Below are positions 31,000-38,463 of a stretch of DNA of 64,000 nt, one piece after another. How positions within the stretch are numbered: the stretch's first letter is position 1; each line of letters begins with the position of its first letter. This DNA comes from Myxococcota bacterium (GTDB lineage: Bacteria > Myxococcota_A > UBA796 > GCA-2862545), in the NCBI GenBank assembly GCA_039208735.1, contig JBCCQY010000002.1, positions 96,001-160,000 on the forward strand, in the 5' to 3' direction. Under the pieces are notes generated by a model. The model did not search any database. It was not told where the DNA came from and was given only the letters and a program-made list of their open reading frames with translations. The translations under genes were made by a program, and so were the position numbers.

Positions 31000-31558
31000 T
31001 ATGGGTACACCACGGCGGTCCGATGACGGGGGCATGACCTCGCACCCGGGGAGCCGGACCGGGCCCACCACGCCGTTCGTGAACGGGCGCCACGTAGCCG
31101 TGGCCCCCGATCGCCCGGCGACCCACGAGGGGCCGCAGCGTTGTGTTTCCGATCCTGGGTTGGGAGTGCATCGAAGGAAGCGACAAGCCGAGGACCAAAG
31201 AAGGGCGGATGCATCCGAAGATGTCATCGAGGTGGTTGAAATGCCCTTCGGTCGTGCGCGCAGCCCGCTCCCACCTGAGAAGACTGGATGCTCGCGCACC
31301 TCACCCTGCACCTTCCTGACAACCGGGGAAGGTTCAGAGGCCCATGCGTCGCAAACTCATGGGCTAACTCCACTTGCGACCGAAGCCGCAGCGTTCAGCT
31401 CACGTCGTACGAAGGAAACGTCCGAAACCGGACCGCCGTAGTGTCAAAGAACCGGGTCGAACCAGGACAGAACCTGAACGACAGCGAGAGGCGCAAAACG
31501 CGCACGACTCATGACGGCTCCAAGAAGGAAAGTGAAGAACGCTCTTTCGAGCTTCTAC
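31000..31558 (-). ncRNA. Putative structured ncRNA / long 5' leader
   Basis: At least 8 hairpins including two cUUCGg loops and one GAAA loop, all reading as stable tetraloops on the minus strand; exact 11-nt repeat AACGCTGCGGC; directly downstream of a promoter. Confidence 0.55.
31444..31512 (-). CDS. Possible 22-aa leader peptide MSRARFAPLAVVQVLSWFDPVL
   Basis: GGAG RBS 5 nt before the ATG, within the structured leader. Confidence 0.3.
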   Translation of the reverse strand: MSRARFAPLAVVQVLSWFDPVL

Positions 31559-31564
31559 ATTCCT

Positions 31565-31591
31565 ATTATGGGGTCTCTGGATGGGGGTCAA
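31565..31591 (-). promoter_or_regulatory. sigma32(RpoH)-like or sigma70-like promoter
   Basis: TTGAC-N13-CCCCATAAT on the minus strand in an AT-rich patch. Confidence 0.6.
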
Positions 31592-31842
31592 TAGAAAGAG
31601 ATCTGCATCACCAGGGCCTTGTCGCGACGTTGCATATCGAACAGCCCGCCCTATTCAGGCTCGACGACCCCTACCTTCCCTAGGATCGCGGTGTTCAGGA
31701 CCCCGAAGGAGGGGCGGTGCACGAAACGGCCGCCCGATGCGCAGGCCCCGGGTGGATTTTCGTAACGGATCCAACGACAAGGCCGCCTGCGTCAGGGTTT
31801 CCGACACAGACGGCCAAGGGCCTCAACACGGGCGAAGGTTCT

Positions 31843-34236
31843 TTATGGCAGGAACTGCACCGGTGGCTGGGCCGCACACCCCACTTGACCATCGTTGTGG
31901 GGAGCGGGAGCGGGTTCGATGCCGAGCGTCGTGCTGCTGCCCAGGACCGAGGCCGCACCGTAGCCCTCGACGCGCCACCCGCCCTCGGCCAACTGTGCGC
32001 CAAGGTGGGTTCCCGCCATCACCGCGGGCTTGTCGAGCTTGACCAGAGCCCCGTCTCCCGTCGCATCCTGCACGCGGAACCCCAGCGGGATGCTCGCAAG
32101 ACCGGACCCGTTCGAATTGAGGTAGACCGCGTCGAGGAAAGCGAGGTCGAAGCGATCGAGGGTGATGCCGAGGGGAATGCTCGCAAGGCCGCTTCCATCC
32201 AACGATGCGAGCATCACGGGAACTTCGTCCTGACTGACGCCCAAGGTGACGGTTTCGACCGACGTATCGAGGTCGTCGAGGGTCTTAGGCGTCAACACCA
32301 AGCCCAATGGAATGGACGCCAGCCCGGAGCCGCTGTCGACGAGGCTGTAGCCCTCACCTACGCGTCCCAGCACGGGGTCTTGATGGTCCGACCACCCCCA
32401 CGCGAGCATCGCCTGGTTCGTGGCCGGCTCCGCCCGCAAGGCCCCCACGAGGTCCTGGAAGGCATCGGTGGCCGTGACGGCAGCCCTTGGGCGGTGCGTC
32501 GTTTGGGACGCCTCGTCGCTGTGCAACTCGACGAGGGACTGCACGGCAATGGCCCAGGCAACAGCTGGGAACTCGCCCGTGCTCAAATCCCTCATGACAT
32601 GGGTGCCCCGCGTGGTGCAGACCCCATTCGAATCGGTGGTGCAGAACACGGTCTCGTCGCCATTACCCCAAATGTTGGCGTACACCTTCACGTTGTCGGC
32701 ACGCGCACCATCATCGGTGAAGACGGTGATTCGAACCTTGGGCCGAACCGCATCGCCATGGTCATCAACGGCGAGGTAGGGCAACATCGCGACATAGAAG
32801 GAACGAGGGTCAGGTGCGACGGAGGGCACCTCTTCGTCCACGTCGAGGTAGCCCGACCCGCGGCCGGACCAAACGTCCCTCCCCGTCGCGGCCTCCTTGA
32901 GCAGCAGCTCGACCTCGCGACGGTCGTACCCTGCTTCGACCAACGGTACGGCTGCGCCACTCACCATGGCAGCGGCCTGGCTGGTCCCAGCCATCAGCCA
33001 GTACCCCATTTCCGTAGGCTGCCCCGTGGCGAACGTCTCGGCCAGGATTCCATCCGGGATGCCGTCGCCATCGTGGTCGTCGTGCAGGTCTCCCCCCGGC
33101 GCGAGCAGGTCGATGGCGGCGCTCGCGTTGGAGTAGCTGGGGACGCCTTCACTGCTGAAATCGCCGTAGGACCGTTGGTTGGCGGCCCCGACGGCGATGA
33201 CTTCCGGACTCGCCGCAGGCCAGGTGATGCGGTCCGCCCCATCGTTGCCCGCCGCCGCCACCATCACGATGCCCGCATCCGCCGCGGCCTGAAGGGCCTC
33301 TTGGAGGGCCAATGACGGCACGTAGTCTTGGTGGAACGACAGACTCATGTTGATGATGTCGGCCCCGTGCTGCACGGCGTGCCAAATCCCTTCGATGAGC
33401 GCCGCTTCATGGCCCTGGTTGTGCTCGTCGAGCACCTTGATCGGCATCAGCGAGGCGCCTTGGGCGACCCCGTGCAGGGCGCCCCCATCGGAAGCAATCA
33501 CCGAGGCGATGTGCGTGCCATGCTGGTGGTCGTCGTTTGCGTGCGGGTCGTCGTTGATGAAGTCGTGGGGCGAAACGATGGCACTCGAGGCAAGCGACGG
33601 AGCCGCAACGTAGGACGTCCCGCTGCGGGTGATGGTCTCATAGGCGACGCCTGTGTCGAGCACTGCGACGACCACGCTCGACGAATCGACCGAGCACGCC
33701 GGGTCCAGCTCGTCGAGGTACCACTGGTGCGACTCGAATGCCGGATCGTCACCGCAATCAGACCCGGCCCCCACGATTCGGCCATTGGCACCGCTTGCCT
33801 GGACCCGAGGGTCTTGCGACGCGGCCGCCAACGCCTCTGTGGTCCCGCCCAACAGCCCATAGCCCGAGGGCCCCGCGGCCCGAAGCACGTCCAGGTCGTA
33901 ATCAGCGGCAAGATCGGACAAGTCCTCGGGGTCAGTAAGGCGTACCAGCCGCTGACCCGGCACATAGGCGTCGGCAAAGGTGACCTGCGAAGCATCGTCA
34001 GACAGCGCCGAAGTGGTCACACTCGAGGCGGGCGCCACTGGTTTGAAGGGGCGAGACCCCACTTCAACGGTGGGCCCTGTCACAAGGGTGGGAGTTGCAG
34101 GCGGGTTCGGCGGGTCCGATGACCAAAGCAGGACAATCATAGCGAGCAACGCGCTCGCAGCAGCAACCGGACGGGCTCTCACAAGGGCCTCCGCGACGGT
34201 GAGGTTCGCAGGCCCTCTCGGTTCAATGAGCGTCAC
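31843..34236 (-). CDS. Subtilisin-like S8 serine peptidase with C-terminal extension
   Basis: VLDTG, HGTHIA, AAAGN, GTSQAAA; N-terminal hydrophobic anchor; 3x GSGLASIPLG. Confidence 0.9.
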   Translation of the reverse strand: MTLIEPRGPANLTVAEALVRARPVAAASALLAMIVLLWSSDPPNPPATPTLVTGPTVEVGSRPFKPVAPASSVTTSALSDDASQVTFADAYVPGQRLVRLTDPEDLSDLAADYDLDVLRAAGPSGYGLLGGTTEALAAASQDPRVQASGANGRIVGAGSDCGDDPAFESHQWYLDELDPACSVDSSSVVVAVLDTGVAYETITRSGTSYVAAPSLASSAIVSPHDFINDDPHANDDHQHGTHIASVIASDGGALHGVAQGASLMPIKVLDEHNQGHEAALIEGIWHAVQHGADIINMSLSFHQDYVPSLALQEALQAAADAGIVMVAAAGNDGADRITWPAASPEVIAVGAANQRSYGDFSSEGVPSYSNASAAIDLLAPGGDLHDDHDGDGIPDGILAETFATGQPTEMGYWLMAGTSQAAAMVSGAAVPLVEAGYDRREVELLLKEAATGRDVWSGRGSGYLDVDEEVPSVAPDPRSFYVAMLPYLAVDDHGDAVRPKVRITVFTDDGARADNVKVYANIWGNGDETVFCTTDSNGVCTTRGTHVMRDLSTGEFPAVAWAIAVQSLVELHSDEASQTTHRPRAAVTATDAFQDLVGALRAEPATNQAMLAWGWSDHQDPVLGRVGEGYSLVDSGSGLASIPLGLVLTPKTLDDLDTSVETVTLGVSQDEVPVMLASLDGSGLASIPLGITLDRFDLAFLDAVYLNSNGSGLASIPLGFRVQDATGDGALVKLDKPAVMAGTHLGAQLAEGGWRVEGYGAASVLGSSTTLGIEPAPAPHNDGQVGCAAQPPVQFLP

Positions 34237-34291
34237 ATTGAAATCGGATTCGCGTGTGTGACGCCTGCGAGAAACCCGGGACTACCCCACC

Positions 34292-34804
34292 GTGAGCCCT
34301 TCGCCCCAAGACGGACTGTTCCAAGCCGCGGTGGCCCAGCATGGGCCCGCCATCCAGCGACTTGCGCGGACCTACGAGGCCCACCCCTCGCGCCGTGAGG
34401 AACTGCTCCAGGACATTTGGCTTGCCCTTTGGCAGGCCCTCGGCCGATTCCGACAAGAGGCCTCGCTGCGGACTTTCGTGTTCCGGGTCGCCCACAACGT
34501 GGCCATCAAGCACGTTCGCAGGGACGCAAAAGGTCGTGAAGACGTTGAGCTTCCCGAAACGCTGAGGGCGGATGACCCCGAACCAGCCGAACGCTTGGAC
34601 CGCGAACAGCGTCGACAGCACTTGCTCCATGCGGTTCGTGCGTTGCCTGACCCCGATCGGCAACTTGCCATGTTGCACCTCGAGGGACTGTCCAACGCAG
34701 AAGTCGCCGAAGTCAGCGGTCTATCGCCCAGCAACGTGGGCACCCGCCTCCACCGCATTCGTGGCCGTCTGCGGCAAGCCCTTCAGGAACTTGAACATGG
34801 ATGA
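34292..34804 (+). CDS. ECF RNA polymerase sigma factor
   Basis: ELLQDIWLALW, FRQEASLRTFVFRVAHN, EGLSNAEVAEVSG..NVGTRLHR. Confidence 0.92.
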   Translation: MSPSPQDGLFQAAVAQHGPAIQRLARTYEAHPSRREELLQDIWLALWQALGRFRQEASLRTFVFRVAHNVAIKHVRRDAKGREDVELPETLRADDPEPAERLDREQRRQHLLHAVRALPDPDRQLAMLHLEGLSNAEVAEVSGLSPSNVGTRLHRIRGRLRQALQELEHG

Positions 34805-35357
34805 TGACTTGACCACCCTGTGGCGCAACGACGACGAACCGGGACCGCAGGTTGACCTGCGGGGCATTCGAAAATCGAACCGGACTTTTCGCCGACAGAT
34901 TGCCCTCCGCAACGGGGGGGAACTGTTCGCGGCGGGCGTGGTCGTGGCCTGGTTCGGTGCCCGCGCCCTGGCAACCGATGATCCCTGGACCGCCTTGGCC
35001 TTCGGACTGTGCTCGCTGGGGGGACTCATCGTCGGCGGGCTCATCTGGTGGAGAGGGGATTCCCCCGAGGCGGAACCCGAAGATTCGTTAGCTGCCTTCG
35101 TCGACGAGCACCGTACGGCCTTGCTCTACCAAGCCCGCCTCCTCGAAACGGTCCCCCTTTGGTACATCGGGCCGCTCTTGCCCGGTTTGGGGCTCCTCCT
35201 GTTCCTGCGAACACCCGCACCCGGCGAAGAAGGATTTGGGACGGGCCTCGTGGTCATTGCCTGCAACGTCGCGTTCCTCGCCTTCGTCATCGCCATCAAT
35301 CGGTCCGCGGCTCGCCAACTGCGACGGAAGGCCGAAGTGCTGCCCGAATGGAGTTAA
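34797..35357 (+). CDS. Membrane protein, putative anti-sigma factor
   Basis: MDDDLTTLW N-terminus, 4 TM segments, overlaps the sigma stop. Confidence 0.7.
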   Translation: MDDDLTTLWRNDDEPGPQVDLRGIRKSNRTFRRQIALRNGGELFAAGVVVAWFGARALATDDPWTALAFGLCSLGGLIVGGLIWWRGDSPEAEPEDSLAAFVDEHRTALLYQARLLETVPLWYIGPLLPGLGLLLFLRTPAPGEEGFGTGLVVIACNVAFLAFVIAINRSAARQLRRKAEVLPEWS

Positions 35358-35366
35358 GCGCCCGGC

Positions 35367-35837
35367 GTGAACGCCTTGACCCAGCTCCTGTCTCGCATCC
35401 TGGACCTTCGCTTCGCCGTAGGCGGCGCCGTCTTCATGGGCGGCCTCGTCTTCGCGGTCAATGCCTCCTACGGCACCGGGCCCGCACTGGTCGCCGCCGC
35501 CAAGCAAGCCTCCTACACCTTCTTCTTTGCGGGGTTCGTGATGCGCTGGTGCGAGCACCTGGCCACGTCCGTGGAGCCCCGCAGCCTGGCCGTCGCAACG
35601 GCGACGCTGCTGCCTTCGGTGCTCGCGGTCTCCCTGACGTTTGGCATCCACAACCTCCGAGGCACGCCCGATCCCGTCGCCTCGACCCTCCCGACCTTGT
35701 TCTTTGGCCCCCCTTCGTTCTTTGTCTGGGCTCTACGAAGGTCCGCGCCTCAATCCTCGGGCCAGTACCAGGACTCAAATGGCGACGACAGCTCATCGAT
35801 GAGCACCCGCGCTTCGCCGAGTGGCTCGAAACGCTGA
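35367..35837 (+). CDS. Small membrane protein
   Basis: 4 hydrophobic helices, AAAKQASYTFFFAG; 3' end overlaps the convergent gene. Confidence 0.65.
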   Translation: MNALTQLLSRILDLRFAVGGAVFMGGLVFAVNASYGTGPALVAAAKQASYTFFFAGFVMRWCEHLATSVEPRSLAVATATLLPSVLAVSLTFGIHNLRGTPDPVASTLPTLFFGPPSFFVWALRRSAPQSSGQYQDSNGDDSSSMSTRASPSGSKR

Positions 35838-36835
35838 TCCCCAACCGCGCCGGATTCGCCCGTGGCGGGCAGCGTAATGTTCGTGGGGAACCTGGCTTCG
35901 ATGACCCGTCCCCGACCGACACCAAACGAGCGCGGGCTGCTGTCGGCAAGGAACATCCGGTCGTCCTCGAGCAGCTCAACCCCCCGTAGGAACACAAAGG
36001 GGGCCACATCGTCCCCCGGGATGAGATCGGCCACGTAGGTAGGGGCAACCGTAGGATCGCTCGTCACGGCCAGCCCCACCGTGCCGACCACCCCGGCTCC
36101 TCCAGTATGGGCCCACAAAAGCCACCAATCCCCCCCCCGCCGCCGCAGGATCGGCCCGTGAGGGGTATCGACCGAGCCGCTCGGCGGAAATCGCCATAGA
36201 AACTCGGGCTCTTCCGTGGTCGTGATGTCCCACATCGTGATGCGGCCGTTGCTCGGACGATGCGACACCAACAATAGCGTCCGGTCGCCGAGGTCGATGC
36301 GCTCTGCACCATTGGGCGTGTTCGGAAACTCGGGATGATCGCTGGTCAGCGTCCGAATGCGTTCGTCGGAACTTCCATCTCCAGCGATCCACTCGATCGC
36401 ATTGGAGAACGTCGAGACCACGAGCAGCGACCCATCCGCCGGATCTCGAATGACATCGTGGGGAAATCCAAATCCATCCACCCGAAAGTCGAGGGTTCCG
36501 TCTGCCGCGATCCGGGCGATCGCGCCAGGCCGACGGCCGCCCAATGTCTCCGAGGTGGTGAATGAAAGCAGCAACCCATCGCCGTCGGGGCTGCCCCCTT
36601 CCCCCCCGCAAGTCTCGCAAAACCCCACGAGGTTGGTCCAGGTGGGGTCGGCCACCACCGTGCCATCCACCCGTGCGAACACCACCCGATCTCCCTCTGG
36701 AATCACCAGCACGTCTCTTGGGAGTCCTCCATCCAGCGGCTGCGTGGAGGGCGGAGGTTCCCCAGTTTCACCTGTCGTCATCGAGTCTGCGGGAGCACAT
36801 CCCGCTAGCGTCAGCCACCAAAGGCGCGCGACCAT
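35750..36835 (-). CDS. Lipoprotein, probable beta-propeller
   Basis: LAGC lipobox; FPHDV, TPNGA, TPHGP, FLRGV blade-like motifs. Confidence 0.7.
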   Translation of the reverse strand: MVARLWWLTLAGCAPADSMTTGETGEPPPSTQPLDGGLPRDVLVIPEGDRVVFARVDGTVVADPTWTNLVGFCETCGGEGGSPDGDGLLLSFTTSETLGGRRPGAIARIAADGTLDFRVDGFGFPHDVIRDPADGSLLVVSTFSNAIEWIAGDGSSDERIRTLTSDHPEFPNTPNGAERIDLGDRTLLLVSHRPSNGRITMWDITTTEEPEFLWRFPPSGSVDTPHGPILRRRGGDWWLLWAHTGGAGVVGTVGLAVTSDPTVAPTYVADLIPGDDVAPFVFLRGVELLEDDRMFLADSSPRSFGVGRGRVIEARFPTNITLPATGESGAVGDQRFEPLGEARVLIDELSSPFESWYWPED

Positions 36836-36952
36836 CCATCGCTCCCGAGTTGCCTCAACATGCCTTGCCCCGTGCTTAACGTCAGCCCCTTCGGTTGTGG
36901 GTTGCCGTTGGCGCAAGGGCTCGGCATGATGACGTTCGGTGTTGGAGGGACG

Positions 36953-37426
36953 TTGAAGGCTTGGCTTGTGCTCGGATTGTTGTCCGTAGGGGCGTGCGGA
37001 TTCCCGTCACCCTGGAAAAATGCGGAACCCACTGGAACCACGATCGAAGGTTGGATGCGTACAACGCTCGACCATCCGCACCCCGGCGCAGGATGGTTTC
37101 GCGTAGATGACCTGGAGGCCTATGACTTCAGTCAGGCCAGCCTCAAGTCCGTACGACGTGCCAAAGACGACGTGGTCGTCCTCCAAATCGGTCGTGTGGA
37201 CACCGAGGGCACCACGGTGCTCGAGTTTGACATTGCCCTGGGGGCCTGGGTCGCGGGGGCGGTCCCGGTCGACGGCGTGTCAGCGATTGGCGAACTTCGC
37301 AGACCCGATGGGACCCAGCAGTTTGTATTGGGCGGCTCGCTGGACGTGCGCGCGGCGGGGGTGGCCGAAGGCGACCTCATCGAAGTGTCGTTCGTCGACC
37401 TGACGCTCGCTCGGGTGCAGCCATGA
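36953..37426 (+). CDS. Hypothetical lipoprotein
   Basis: GGAGG + TTG, MKAWLVLGLLSVGAC. Confidence 0.65.
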   Translation: MKAWLVLGLLSVGACGFPSPWKNAEPTGTTIEGWMRTTLDHPHPGAGWFRVDDLEAYDFSQASLKSVRRAKDDVVVLQIGRVDTEGTTVLEFDIALGAWVAGAVPVDGVSAIGELRRPDGTQQFVLGGSLDVRAAGVAEGDLIEVSFVDLTLARVQP

Positions 37427-38463
37427 TCGGCCTCCTTGCTACCTTAGCCGGGGCGCAGACGCCCCCCGACGCCTTTGGGCGCTTCGACGTCGAAAATCTC
37501 ACGATCGTGCGTCCCGTTGGAGCCGCCTTCGAGGGCGGGTTTGACAACTCGGACCCCAATGACGAATCGGCCTTTGATCGCACCGTGGTGCGTGCACTTG
37601 AAGGTCGGGCGACCGACTACGACTTCGTGATGGTGTTCATCGGGCAAGGCCTCCCACGACAGATCGCCGGCGCGTTCGCGTTCAACGAAACCCACAACCG
37701 AGACCTCATGGGCGTGGGCTCCGTTCGCCTGGCCGACGAACGGTTTTCGGTTCGCAGTGCATTGTACATGAATCGAACGACGTCGTTCACCACACTGGAT
37801 CCTGTGCGAAGCCAGTGGGTGTTCAATCACGAGATCGGCCACCACTGGCTTGCCTACCCCTGGATCGACCTCGGTGAAGGCCGCAGCGATGTCCTGCTCG
37901 GTCGACAGCGCGCCCATTGGACGTATTTCTTGCATACGGGCAATGCTCCAATGGAGGGCAACGACTGGATCGACAACGGCGACGGGACGTTTACGACCAA
38001 CCCCTCATCGGGACAAGGCGGCTACAGCGACCTCGAACTGTACACGATGGGGCTGCTCCGGGCGGACGAGGTTGCGCCCTTCTTTCTCATCGAACCCGAT
38101 GACCCCGGCAATCGGACGCGGACGTCCGCGCCGGACCATTGGCTCGAGATTGCCCCGTTTACGGTTTCTGGCCAGCGCATCGATCTGACGATCGACGATT
38201 TGATTGCCACGAATGGCCCCGTCAGCCCGGGCCCAGACACCTCACAGAAGGACTTTCGATTCCTCACGGTGCTCGTCGTGGGACCCTTCGAAGACATCGA
38301 TAGTGGCGATTTGACAAGGGTTAGTGAACTCCAAACCCAGTGGGCCGAGGGCTTTGCCACCGCAACCCGCAACCTCGCCCGGGTGTCGTTCGACATGCCG
38401 GATGAAAAGCTGACGCTCGCCTCGATCGATGCCCCCGCTTGGATTCCGGAGGCTGCCCGATGA
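37423..38463 (+). CDS. Secreted zinc-metallopeptidase-like protein
   Basis: HEIGHHW, downstream HW, YSDLELYTMGL; ATGA-coupled. Confidence 0.7.
   Translation: MIGLLATLAGAQTPPDAFGRFDVENLTIVRPVGAAFEGGFDNSDPNDESAFDRTVVRALEGRATDYDFVMVFIGQGLPRQIAGAFAFNETHNRDLMGVGSVRLADERFSVRSALYMNRTTSFTTLDPVRSQWVFNHEIGHHWLAYPWIDLGEGRSDVLLGRQRAHWTYFLHTGNAPMEGNDWIDNGDGTFTTNPSSGQGGYSDLELYTMGLLRADEVAPFFLIEPDDPGNRTRTSAPDHWLEIAPFTVSGQRIDLTIDDLIATNGPVSPGPDTSQKDFRFLTVLVVGPFEDIDSGDLTRVSELQTQWAEGFATATRNLARVSFDMPDEKLTLASIDAPAWIPEAAR

Noticed and set aside
30991..31311. ORF-track N-terminal extension of the HEAT/vWA protein (1798 aa)
   Set aside because: No RBS and atypical composition, overlapping the hairpin array; ATG 30990 just before the HEAT repeats is more plausible, though unproven
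31000..31558. Known RNAs: RNase P, tmRNA, SRP, group II intron, retron msr-msd
   Set aside because: Could not find GAGGAAAGTCC, a tRNA-like end, GTGCG..domain V, or any reverse transcriptase in the window; an Rfam search is still needed
26014..33315. Long plus-strand ORFs (640, 709 and 532 aa)
   Set aside because: Antisense shadows of real minus-strand genes, as expected in high-GC DNA; no motifs
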